A stretch of 64,000 nt of DNA from Octopus sinensis (taxonomy: Eukaryota): positions 20,212,001-20,276,000 of the forward strand of contig NC_043000.1 in assembly GCF_006345805.1 (NCBI RefSeq). The letters run 5' to 3'. The position numbers and the translations under genes are program-made. The notes beneath the pieces are model-generated. The model saw only the letters and a list, made by a program, of their open reading frames with translations. It was not told where the DNA came from and did not search any database. Positions 1 to 12,169 of the stretch are shown here, one piece after another (position 1 is the stretch's first letter; every line of letters starts with the position of its first letter).

Positions 1-825
1 ATACCATTACTATCGCCACCACCACCACCATCCCCGCTACGATCACTATCGCAACCACCAGCAACAACCACAAATAAACTCAGCGCCGCACATCCTCACC
101 TCCACAACCATCACATTAAACCCACACAAACGTCAGTAAACACCACCACCACCATCACCACCACCATCACCACCACCATCACTACTATCACTACTATCAC
201 TACCACTATCACCATCACCACCATCACTACCGCCACCATCACCACTATCACCAACACCACCACCATCATCACCACCACCATCACCACCATCACCACCACC
301 ATCACCACCGCCACCATCACAACCACTACCACCGCCATCACCACTATCACCACAACCACCACCATCACCACCACCACCATCACCACCACGAACACTACCA
401 CCACCCACATCACCACTTTCACCACTACCAGCACCACCACCTCCACCACCACCACCACCAATACCTAGAAAATTTAACATTACCACTTATACTACTGCCC
501 AAACAACAACAACAGCAGCCAAATCTCTAAACACTATCACCACCACCACCACCACCACACCATCATATCACTACGACCACGACCACCGCAACTACACCTA
601 CTACTACTACTGCTGCTACTACCTCTACTACTACTACTACAACTACTACTGCAGATGAAACTGCTACTACTGCAACTCCTGCTAATGCAACTTCTACTGC
701 AGTTGCTACTACTACTACTACAACCACTTAAACTACTACTACTACTGCAGATGCTGCTACTGCTACTACAACTACTACTGCAACTACTTCTGCAGCTGCT
801 ACTACTACTACATCTACTACTGTTG

Positions 826-859
<34 letters not shown>

Positions 860-2250
860 GCTGCTGCTGCTACTAGAACTACTACTACTGCTCTATCATC
901 ACTACTACAAATAATAATACTAACGTCTCTACCGTTACGACTACCATCACCGCCACCACCAACACTATCACCACTACCACCACTACTTCCACTATCGGCA
1001 TTATGACTACCAACCACGACTACCACCACCACTACCACTAACAGCAACAACAAGAGTAGGAACAACAACACTGCCAACACCATCACCAACAGCATCACTA
1101 CTACCACCAACACCACAACCAATGGTACCATCGCCATTTTGGCAATTTCACTGCCTTCACTACTACCTACGCCAATACCACCATCAACAGCACCACTCCA
1201 ACAACCATAATCACCACTACCACCAATACCATCTTCAATACTGCTGCCAGAACCACCACAACCAGTAGAACTATCAATATCACCAGCACTCTGCAATCGC
1301 TACCTTCAATAGTACCACTACTACCATAACAACAACAACAATCACTAACGCCACAACTACCACCACCACTACAACTACCTCCATAGCCACCACTACCACA
1401 ACCATCACCACCACAATCGCTACCATAGCCACCACCACCAACACCACAACATCCACCGTCACCACTTCCACCACAACCACAACCAGAACCACCACCACCA
1501 CAACCACCACCACAGCAACCATCACCACCACAACCACCACCGCCACAACCACCACCACCACAACCACCACCACCACAAAACCACCACCACCACAACCACC
1601 ACCACAGCCACCACCACCAAAACCATCACAACCACCACCACCACAACCACCACCACAGCCACCACTACAACCACCATCACCACAACCAACACCACCACAA
1701 CCATCACCACCACAACCACAACAGCCACCACCACCAAAACCACCACCAACGCAACCACCACCACCACAACCACAACCACCACTACCACAATCACCATCAC
1801 AACAAACCCCACAACCTCCACAACCACCACCAATACTACTATTTCACCAATACCACCACTATCAATAGCACCCCTCCTACCACCCGTACTACTACCTCCA
1901 TCACAACCACCACCACTAGTAACAACAATAACATTGCCACCACCAATACCCACATCACTACCAACACCACCACCACCATTACCACAACCAGCACCTCCAC
2001 CGCCACTTCCAATCACAACCCTAACACCACAACTACTGCTACCAATACTACCATCACCAAAACCATCACGATCACCACCTCCAGTACTATCACCACCACA
2101 ATACACGCCACCAATACCATCACCAATAACAACAGCAAGAATACTACCAACACCACCCCTACTACAACCATTACCAGTACTCCCCAACACTACCACCACC
2201 ACTAGCACTACCGCCAATACCTCCACCATCGCCGCCACCAGTAGGAATCA
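1..2250. repeat. Cryptic (ACC/ACT/ATC)-rich trinucleotide low-complexity tract
   Basis: Degenerate CAC/ACC/ACT triplets throughout. All frames give only poly-V/G/T/P/L translations. Confidence 0.9.
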
Positions 2251-2360
2251 ATAATCCAGTATCCGTCTGTCAGGATATTTTGTGATTAAATCCGATATAT
2301 GTCATTGATCTACCCTAGTTAGTGTCTAATGGAGGGTGGAGGATAGATTCTGTAGAATCG

Positions 2361-2493
2361 TGTGTGTGTGTGTGTGTGTGGTAGTGTTTGTGTTAATGTG
2401 TGTGTGTACGGTAGTGTTTATGTGCTAATGTGTGTGGTAGTGTTTGTGTGGTAATGTGTGTGTGTGTTAATGCGTTTGTATTAATGTGTGTGT

Positions 2494-2538
<45 letters not shown>

Positions 2539-2564
2539 ATGGCAGCAACAGCAGCAGCAGTAGC

Positions 2565-2615
<51 letters not shown>

Positions 2616-3400
2616 GGTGGTAGTGGTGGTGGTGGTGGTAGTAGTAGTATGGTTGTTAGTGCTGGCTGTAGTTATGATAGTAGTATTAGTGGTGATGATG
2701 GTGGTGGTGGTGGTGGTGGTGGTGGTAGTGGTGGTTGTGGTGGTAGTAGTAGTATGGTTGTTAGTGCTGGCTGTAGTTATGATAGTAGTATTAGTGGTGA
2801 TGATGGTGTGGTGGTGGTGGTGGTGGTGGTAGTGGTGGTTGTGGTGGTAGTAGTAGTATGGTTGTTAGTGCTGGCTGTAGTTATGATAGTAGTATTAGTG
2901 GTGATGATGGTGGTGGTGGTGGTGGTGGTGGTGGTGGTGGTAGTCTGTAGTAGTAGTAGTAGTAGTAGTGGGCGTGATAGTATTCATGGTAGTGTGTGTA
3001 TTGCGTATAGTGCATAGTGTGTGTATTGTGCATAGTACTGTGTGTGTGTAATTGTGTATGATAGTGTCTGTATGTAGTAGTAGTGTGTGTATGTGTATTA
3101 GTGTACATGCGGTAGTGTATGTGTTAGTTGTTAGGTGTATTTGATTGCGTGATAATACGTTACAGTGTGTGTATTAGTGTGTGTGTGTGCGTGTACGGGC
3201 AGTAGTGCAAGTGTGTATGTGGTTGTGTATGTTTTAGGGTATGTTGTAATACAAGTGATAGTGTGGATGAGTAATACTGTATGCGGAGGTGTTTGTATGG
3301 CAGGGTATCTTGCAGTGTGTGCATTGATTTGTATGACGTGACGTGTGTAATTTTCACCAGTATGTGTATGCATACATATATATGTTCGTGTATGCATACA
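2361..3400. repeat. (GT)n/(GTA)n/(GGT)n compound low-complexity tract containing three copies of a ~105-bp unit (2641-2950)
   Basis: GTAGTATGGTTGTTAGTGCTGGCTGTAGTTATGATAGTAGTATTAGTGGTGATGATGG recurs three times, each followed by (GGT)n. Confidence 0.9.
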
Positions 3401-3404
3401 CACA

Positions 3405-3505
3405 CTGCGTGGCACCTTGGGTAAGTGTCTTCTACTATAGCCTCGGTTCGAATAAAGCCTTGTGAGTGCATTTCGTGGACGGAAACTGAAAGAAGCTTGT
3501 CCAGT
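3405..3505 (+). mobile_element. SINE family A fragment
   Basis: CACTGCGTGGCACCTTGGGTAAGTGTCTTCTACTATAGCCTCGG...GGAAACTGAAAGAAGC matches the fuller copies at 10630 and 55843. Confidence 0.8.
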
Positions 3506-3582
3506 GTGTGTGTATTTATTTTTTTACTGTAGTTTCAGCTCAGAGCTGCGGCCATGATGATAATATATACGAGATACCCAGC

Positions 3583-3674
3583 TGATATTGAAATTCCAAT
3601 ATATAAGCCTTGGATACAGGTTAGAGACCAGCTTTTTCTCTATTGGAAAGAAACCTTAAAATAAAACTGAACGA
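3583..3674 (+). mobile_element. 3' terminus of (CATA)n-tailed RLE LINE (family B)
   Basis: GATATTGAAATTCCAAT...AAATAAAACTGAA runs directly into (CATA)n. Homologous to the 3' ends at 4910, 8720 and 35940. Confidence 0.75.
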
Positions 3675-4443
3675 CATACATACATACATACATACATACA
3701 TGCATGCATGCATGCATGCATACATACATATATACATACATACATGCATGCATACATACATACATGCATGTATGCATACATACATTCATACATACATGCA
3801 TACATACATACATACATACATACATACATGCATGCATACATACATTCATACATACATGCATACATACATACATACATACATACATGCATGCATACATACA
3901 TGCATGCATGCATGCATACATACATCATACATACATACAAACATGCATGCATGCATACATACATTCATAATACATGCATACATACATACATACATACATA
4001 CATACATACATACATGCATGCATACATACATACATACATACATACATACATACATGCATACATGCATGCATACATACATACATGCATGCATGCATACATA
4101 CATACATACATACATACATACATACATACATACATACATACATACATGCATGCATGCATACATACATTCATACATACATGTATACATACATACATACATG
4201 CATGCATACATACATACATACATACATACATACATACATACATACATGCATGCATGCATACATACATACATACATACATACATACATACATACATACATA
4301 CATACATACATACATGCATGCATGCATGCATACATACATTCATACATACATGTATACATACATACATACATGCATACATACATACATACATACATACATA
4401 CATACATACATACATACATACATACATACATACATACATGCAT
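3675..4443. repeat. (CATA)n/(CATG)n tetranucleotide array
   Basis: Direct reading; source of the HTYI/MYVC pseudo-ORFs. Confidence 0.95.
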
Positions 4444-4909
4444 ATATTTTTACAGAAACTCGTGTTTACAGCTGTCCTATAGTCGCCATAAGTAAAACAG
4501 ACTGTCTTTTCCTTGATAGTATTTTCATTCCAGAAAAATGTTGATTACTGGAGATTATCTCCCTTTCCCATTCAGAGTCGTTTTCAGTTGCCGCTAGGTG
4601 CTTGTGTACATGCCCTCGAACAGAAAATAACTTCAATAAATCAAGAATTTCTATTTTTATCTTGAATATCTATAAGTAGTTACTTTATTTTTTTTCGGTT
4701 TCATCTAAACTTGATCCAATGACCTTTCTGAATAATGTCGCTTAGAGCATTAATACACAAATTATATTACGTACATGCATACATTCATACATACAGACAA
4801 GCATTTCATACATACATACATACATACATACATACATACATACATACATACATACATACATACATACATACATACATACATGCATGCATGCATGCATCCA
4901 TGCAAGAAT

Positions 4910-5004
4910 GATGTTGAAATTCCAATGGAGAAGCCTTGGATCTAGCTTCGGAACTGGATTCTTTCTCTATTGGCAAGAAATCTTGAAATAAAACTGAATT
5001 AATG
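4910..5004 (+). mobile_element. 3' terminus of (CATA)n-tailed RLE LINE (family B)
   Basis: GATGTTGAAATTCCAATGGAGAAGCCTTGGATCTAG...AAATAAAACTGAATTAATG with (CATA)n on both sides. Confidence 0.8.
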
Positions 5005-5244
5005 TCATACATACATACACACATACATAAATACATGCATGCATATATGTATTTACATACATATACACATACATACATACATTCATACATACATACATGC
5101 ATGCATACATACATACAAGTATGCATACATGTATTCACATACATACATACATACATACATACATACATACATACATACATACATACATACATACATGCAT
5201 ACATACAAGTATGCATACTTGTATTCACATACATACATACATAC

Positions 5245-5287
<43 letters not shown>

Positions 5288-5532
5288 CATACATACATAC
5301 ATACATGCATGCATGCATACATATACGCATACATACATACATACATACATGCATACATACATACATACATACATACATACATGCATACATATATGCATAC
5401 ATACATACATGCATACATACAAGCATGCATACATGTATTCACATACATGCATACATACATACTACATACATATATACATACATACATGCATGCATGCATA
5501 CATATATGCATATATACATACATACATGCATA

Positions 5533-6833
5533 CACTTTATTCGTCCGTTGGAAAAACGGGGATCTTCTAGTCATCCTAGGATGACTGATGACTTATGCGA
5601 TGGCTTTCTTTAAAGTGAAGAAGCGTTGCGTACAGCCAAGCTCTCTTTCTCGTCCGTGATCATCTACAATCCAGTGTCAACACCAGGTCAAAACTATTGC
5701 GGATGGAGATAGGTGCGGTGGATGACCAAGATGTTCTTGCTTCATGTTGCTATTTGCACTCGACAATACGTTGTGTCAGTCACCTTCCCTTCCATTCAAC
5801 CGTGAATGTTTCTTCTGCACAGTTTACCAGTTTTGAATCTTCATATGGTTAGATACGAAACTCCTATTATAGCAGAGGCCCTGATCGGTGCTACTACTAA
5901 GAATTAGATTAAAATTCAGAACTGTAGTGCCTAAGATGTGCTTCCACACTCCTCTAAACCCTGGGTCTTTCGAACCAGGGCCTCGCTACCAGAAGCAGTT
6001 TAAAGTCTTATCCAGGACATACATACATACATACATGCATGCATGCATGCATGCATACATACATACACATACATACATACATACATACCATACATACATA
6101 CATCATACATACATACATACATAATACATACATGCATACATATATGCATACATACATACATACCATACATACATACATACATACATACATACATACATAC
6201 ATGCATACATATATGCATACATACATACATGCATACATACAAGCATGCATACATGTATTCACATACATGCATACATACATACATACATATATACATACAT
6301 ACATGCATGCATGCATACATATATGCATATATACATACATACATGCATACACTTTATTCGTCCGTTGGAAAAACGGGGATCTTCTAGTCATCCTAGGATG
6401 ACTGATGACTTATGCGATGGCTTTCTTTAAAGTGAAGAAGCGTTGCGTACAGCCAAGCTCTCTTTCTCGTCCGTGATCATCTACAATCCAGTGTCAACAC
6501 CAGGTCAAAACTATTGCGGATGGAGATAGGTGCGGTGGATGACCAAGATGTTCTTGCTTCATGTTGCTATTTGCACTCGACAATACGTTGTGTCAGTCAC
6601 CTTCCCTTCCATTCAACCGTGAATGTTTCTTCTGCACAGTTTACCAGTTTTGAATCTTCATATGGTTAGATACGAAACTCCTATTATAGCAGAGGCCCTG
6701 ATCGGTGCTACTACTAAGAATTAGATTAAAATTCAGAACTGTAGTGCCTAAGATGTGCTTCCACACTCCTCTAAACCCTGGGTCTTTCGAACCAGGGCCT
6801 CGCTACCAGAAGCAGTTTAAAGTCTTATCCAGG
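5533..6833. repeat. Tandem duplication, 817-bp period: 484-bp unique core at 5533-6016 and 6350-6833 separated by (CATA)n
   Basis: The two cores read identical by eye. The variant pattern of the upstream microsatellite (CAAGCATGCATACATGTATTCAC) is also duplicated. Confidence 0.92.
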
Positions 6834-6944
6834 ACATACATACATACATACATGCATGCATGCATGCATGCATACATACATACATACATACATACATACA
6901 TACATACATACATACATACATACATACATACATACATACATAGA

Positions 6945-7470
6945 AAATCACTCTATTAGGGAATACACTCTCATAAACACCAATTGGTGAAATATTCCCA
7001 TCAAAACTTCGGTCAAATGTACACATAACAGGGTGGATATTGTTGTTGGGGCAGAGGGGCAAAGGTATGTGCCATCATAGAGATTAGCTGCCCTGCAAAT
7101 ATAAATGTCTCCCTAAAAATCAAAGAAAAAGAGGGGATCTATGGACAACTGCTTCGAAACCTCCAGCTTATATATCCAGACTATGAATTCATATTCATAC
7201 CAATAATAATTGGAGCACCAAGTTTTGTTAGTAAATGCATAAAAGAGAATCTAGATAAACTGGGATTTTCAGAAGGAGAAATCGACCGGCTAATTCTTAT
7301 ATTACAAGTGCAATCTGTGAGTGGAACAGTAAAAATATGCTTGACTTTTTTCAAGTTCCAAATGTGAATTTGTCAGTTAACTACATCCCAAAGATGAAGC
7401 CTTGTATCTTTGTAGGAAATCGGCCCCCTCCTCAGTGGAAGATTTATAATAATTAAAAAAATGGAAGAGA
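6945..7470 (+). mobile_element. 5'-truncated RLE LINE 3' fragment (family C) between (CATA)n arrays
   Basis: Translates with frameshifts to NIPIKTSVKCTHNRVDIVV...IIEISCPANINVSLKIKEKEGIYGQLLRNLQLIYPDYEFIFIPIIIGA...SVSGTVKICLTFFKFQM*, a PD-(D/E)xK RLE C-terminus. Ends in (CATA)n. Confidence 0.8.
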
Positions 7471-7599
7471 CATGCATACATACATACATACATACATACA
7501 TACATACATACATACATACATACATACATACATACCATACATACATACATACATACATACATACGGCAGAGGATTAACATCGATCCAAAATGCCTTTGA

Positions 7600-8817
7600 A
7601 TGTCGTATCATAACCCTTTCGGCAACATCATTTAACTTCCAAGTGTCGAAGTGCATCCCTTAACCAAGTTTGCATACATGAGACTGATAATATTATAAGA
7701 CTTGGAAGGCAGCTCCTTGAGCAGCATTCCTTGTCTGATAACTTTAAATACATGCCCAAAGAGGTCGCGCGACTTTGCTGCAACGTATCATCAGATGAAA
7801 AGATGAGCTTATACGACCAGAAGACTATGCATGGATACGTTAGTAGAAAGCTCTGAGATGATAACATTAATCATCAAAGCAGTCTATCATGGACCAATAC
7901 TCGGATAACTACCTCCCACTTTGAAGGGTATGCGTTTGCAATCCAGGAACAAGAAATACCAACCAAATACATGATGCACAAAAGGGTTAGAGATGCAGGT
8001 AAAGCAGTAAAATGTGATAACCGATGCAGACTTTGTGGAGTTAACACTGAAGATATCGCCTGCATCATAAGCAGTTGTCCGAAAATGTCATCACGGCATT
8101 ATTTGCCGATGAGACATGATATTGTAGCTAGGGCACTATATAATGAAATCCGCCGGAAGAATAACCCCGAGAACAAAGAAATAAGAACCCACAGTATGCT
8201 AGAAGCCATAGCCACTCGTGATAAAATGAAGTGCTAGTGGCTGTCCCAGTGAAAACTTCATTAAGATGTAAGCACAACAGACCTGTTATAATGATTTGGG
8301 ATAGAAAAGAGAAACTGTGAACAGCTGTGGAAATTAGCTTCCCAGAGGACGTTAACATAAAGATGAAGATCGGTGAAAAAGAAAATACTAACGCTGAACT
8401 ATTGAGAAATCTTCAGCTACTCTATCCAGATTGCAAGTTCAGGTTTATACCTGTAATTATTGGGATTCTGGGATATGTAGCACACTGACTAAATACTAAT
8501 CTTGAGAAATTAGACTGTTCAAAACCAGAAAGGAGAAAGCTGATTCGAAGACTACAGATATAATCCATCACTGGAACTGTAAAAATCTGTAAAACTTTCC
8601 AGAAGTTTATCATTTAAGTATATATGAGCATGTCTAGATATACAAGTATATGCATGTGGAGATATACATAAAACAAAACAAACAAATCTGCACGTATACA
8701 TACATACAAAAATAGCCTGTTGATGTTGAAATTCCAATGAAGGAGCCTCGGATCTAGGTTAGAAACCAGTTTTTTCTATATTGACAAGAAATCTTAAAAT
8801 AAAGCTGAATAATGACA
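7600..8817 (+). mobile_element. 5'-truncated R4/Dong-like RLE LINE (family B), degenerate
   Basis: FEGYAFAIQEQEI, zinc knuckle CRLC...EDIACIISSC, RHD, HNRPxIMIWDRKEK, FIPVIIGILG, GTVKICKTFQKFII*. 3' UTR ends in CATAC repeats. Confidence 0.85.
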
Positions 8818-8839
8818 TACATACACAAATATATACGTT

Positions 8840-8921
<82 letters not shown>

Positions 8922-9075
8922 CGAACGGACGAACGGACACCGGACAGACGGACACCGGACGGACGCCGGACGGACGCCGGACGGACGCCAGACGGACTGA
9001 TGCCGGATGGACAGGCAGACGGATGGACGGGCGGGTAGACGTACGGGTAGATGGATGGATGGATGGATAGATGGA
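8840..9075. repeat. Compound microsatellite (TAGA)n-(GA)n-(GGAC)n-like-(GGAT)n
   Basis: Direct reading. Confidence 0.85.
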
Positions 9076-9224
9076 TCACGTCACATGTTAACTCGTCTTC
9101 GAAACGAAGCATTTATCACAAAAATTCTTAAGAAATCAAATAAAATTAGTTACAGCTTTGACAAAATCTATTCGAAAAGCTCGAATGTACCATGCAAAGA
9201 ACATACATATATGCGTATATGTGT

Positions 9225-9345
9225 GTTTTGTTAGTAAATGCTTAAAGGAGAATGTGGATAAAATGGGATTTTCAGAAAGAGAAATCGACCGGCTAATTCG
9301 TGCATTGCAAGTGCAATCTGTGAGTGGAACAGTAAAAATATGCTT
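9225..9345 (+). mobile_element. RLE LINE family C fragment
   Basis: FVSKCLKENVDKMGFSEREIDRLIRALQVQSVSGTVKICL is near-identical to 7225-7345. Confidence 0.8.
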
Positions 9346-9509
9346 GTGTTTCGGTATTTTTGTGTATTTGTGAATGTGTTTGCGTATGCGTATTTGTGTG
9401 TTCGTCTGTGTGCGTATGTGTGTATGTGCTCATTAGAGCAGTGGACAGAATGTTTTAGCAGTATCTGTTTCGACATTAACCTGTACCTTCAGTTACAAAA
9501 TGCACAAGC

Positions 9510-9700
9510 TGGCAGAATCGTTAACAGGTCGAGAAAAACGCTTGTGACATTTTTTTCCGGCTCTTTGCGTTCAGAGTTCGAATCTCTGCGATGTCAACCT
9601 GGCCTTTCATTCCATCAGGATCAATAATATAAAGTATCACTCAAGTTCTGGGATCGATGTAATGGACGTGCTCCCTTCCCTCAAAATTTGTGGCACTGAA
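9510..9700 (+). mobile_element. SINE family N (tRNA head + GCCTTTCATCC...GTCGATAAA core resembling the Nin/Deu domain), degenerate
   Basis: GGCAGAATCGTTA head, GAGTTCGAATC B-box, GCCTTTCATTCC core. Compare 44892-45115. Confidence 0.65.
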
Positions 9701-10139
9701 CCCCGTAACGGACCGGCGTACCCTTTCTGGGTTCAAGGGGAATGGGATTTCTGTTGCTTAAATGCCATTAAAACCGGATAATCTGGTTTATGATCCCTAA
9801 GGCTTTGGTAAATTAGTAAAAAATATAATGGAAAACAAAGCCCCGTTGCTAGCATTCAGTCCAGGCTTCTTGTTTGAGGATACCTTACCCTCCCCCTCCC
9901 ACTTGTCTCGGGGTCCCTATAACGAATATTGAGCACTGGTTTCCTCCTGACTAGAAGATAAAAACACAAGAAGAAAAGCGTATGTGTGTGTGTATGTTTA
10001 GGTGAGTGCGTGCGTGCGCGCGCAAGCGTTTGTGTCCAGTAAACGCAGGTATGGCCGAATACTCATGTATACTATGACCCCACCACCACCAACACCATCA
10101 TAATTCAAAGACCCAAACCTGTCCGATTCTGCTGGGTCC

Positions 10140-10575
10140 TAATATTGGTTTCAAATTTTTGCACAAGGCCAGCACTTTCGGGGTGAGGCGGTAAGCCATT
10201 TAGTCGATTACATCGACCCCAGCGCTCAACGGCTACTTTGTTTTATCGACCCCGAAAGGATGAAACTTAAATTCAACCTCGGCGGAATTTGAACTTAACA
10301 CGTAAAAACGGACGAAAATGCCGCTAAGTATTTTGTCCGGCGTGCTAACGATACTGCCAGCTCGCGGCCTTTTGCCGGATCATAATATTAAGAATACACA
10401 TGTTTGTGGAATATTCAGCCACTCACAGTCAAATGGAACTTGTTTTATCAATTCCGAAAGGTCGAAAAGTAAAGTCGACCTCTTACGGATTTTGAAGTCA
10501 GAACTTAAGAAAAAAGGACGAAATGCCGCCAAACATTTTTACCCGGCGTGATAAGCATTCTGCCAGCTTGCTGCC
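10140..10575 (-). mobile_element. Two tandem SINE family N units (dimer)
   Basis: Two reverse-strand heads (CTGCCAGCT at ~10355 and ~10561), each with an ATCGACCCCGAAAGG-like core. Confidence 0.7.
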
Positions 10576-10629
10576 TTTTACAGGATCATAATATTAAGTA
10601 TACACATGATTGTGGAATGATATTCAGCC

Positions 10630-11050
10630 AGGAGTGGCTGTGTGGTAAGTAGCTTGCTAACCAACCACATGGTTCCGGGTTCAGTCCCACTGCGTGGCAT
10701 CTTGGGCAAGTGTCTTCTGCTATACCCCCGGGCCGACCAATGCCTTATGAGTGGATTTGGTAGACGGAAACTGAAAGAAGCCCGTCGTATATATGTATAT
10801 ATATATATATGTATGTGTGTGTCTGTGTTTGTGTGTCTGTGTTTGTCCCCTCTAGCATTGCTTGACAACTGATGCTGGTGTGTTTACGTCCCCGTCACTT
10901 AGCGGTTCGGCAAAAGAGACCGATAGAATAAGTACTGGGCTTACAAAAAGAATAAGTCCCGGGGTCGATTTGCTCGACTAAAGGCGGTGCTCCAGCATGG
11001 CCGCAGTCAAATGACTGAAACAAGTAAAAGAGTAAAAGAGTAAAAGAGTA
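10630..11050 (+). mobile_element. SINE family A, full length (tRNA-like head, internal (TA)n(TG)n, (GAGTAAAA)n tail)
   Basis: GGAGTGGCTGTGTGG A-box region, GGTTCAGTCCC B-box-like, TTGGGCAAGTGTCTT core. More than ten related copies in the window. Confidence 0.9.
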
Positions 11051-11747
11051 TTTACACACATTCCCGAAACCGACGGAGTTTAATATACTTATTTTTATGC
11101 GCATCTACACGTGACATTCTGCTTTCCAATAAAGCATTCTGTTTTTCATATTTTCAATATATGATTTATATTATTACAGTTCTTGCTGAGAAGGTGGTTG
11201 ATCTCGTTGACGTTGCCTTAGATTAAAATACCGGTGTTTATAACATTTACAACGTATATACATTTCATTGCTGGCAAGGCAACAGTATTTCATTTTGTAA
11301 CCATAACATGGTAAGAAGTATATGATAGCTTTATAAGTCAATACTGTATCCTGCCGTGTGTTAACAGTGCTATAATTTCATTTTTAACGTTATTACTATA
11401 GATTTTTCTATTGAATATCCATAAAGATATCCTTAAAAATGACTGTGCATAATATCGTGGATATTATTAACTTTGTATTTCTACTCATGTGCAGCTTTAA
11501 TAGAGTTATGGAATTTTAAGCTTGGAGAAATGAAACTATTAAGAAGCACTAAAGTTCTCCAGTATTAAAAACAGTGAGGACAGTACATAAAAATTTCTAA
11601 CAGCGCTTCACATTTGCTGTAGAGTGTCATTTTCGACCACTTGTCTATGATCCTGTTCGAGAAATACTTGGTATTTGCTCTATCAACCCTGGAAGTAAGA
11701 AAGGAAAAAAACTGATCGCGTGGATTTGAACTGAAAGCGTTGAGGTA

Positions 11748-11927
11748 CTCTTTTACTCTTTTACTTGTTTCAGCCATTTGACTGTGGCCATGCTGAAGCT
11801 TACTCTTTGCACTTATTCTATCGGTCTCTTTTGCCGAACTGCTAATTTACGGGGACGTAAGCACACCAGCATTGGTTGTCAAGCGAAGTTGGGGGGACAA
11901 ACACAAACACACAAACATATAGACGCA

Positions 11928-11979
<52 letters not shown>

Positions 11980-12150
11980 CATATATACGACAGGATTCTT
12001 TCAGTTTCTGTCTACCAAATCCACTCACAAGGATTTGGTCGGCCAGAGGCTATAGTAGAAGACACTTGCCCAAGGTGCCACGCAGTGAGACTGAACTCGG
12101 AGCCATGTGGTTGGTAAGCAAGCTACTTACCACACAGCCACTCCCTCGCC
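11748..12150 (-). mobile_element. SINE family A, near full length
   Basis: Reverse complement of 10630-11050. Confidence 0.9.
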
Positions 12151-12169
12151 TATAGGTACACAGCTTTTT

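Noticed and set aside
111-2254. Poly-V/G/P/T ORFs, mucin- or glycine-rich-protein-like
   Set aside because: ACC/ACT triplet tracts are open in several frames on both strands; there is no splice or domain evidence.
5600-5830. Faint Tc1/mariner-like words on the minus strand of the duplicated core (NSFDL..LD, TLKKAIA)
   Set aside because: Needs several frameshifts, and no DDE motif or TIR is recognisable.
3640-6430. Long HTYI/MYVC ORFs (also at 14.1-14.6 kb, 22.9-23.6 kb, 31.4-31.9 kb and elsewhere)
   Set aside because: Translations of (CATA)n/(TA)n microsatellites, which lack stop codons.
11590-11745. Minus-strand KYFSNRIIDKWSK, resembling a CR1/L2 ORF2 end
   Set aside because: A single short motif; not enough to call.
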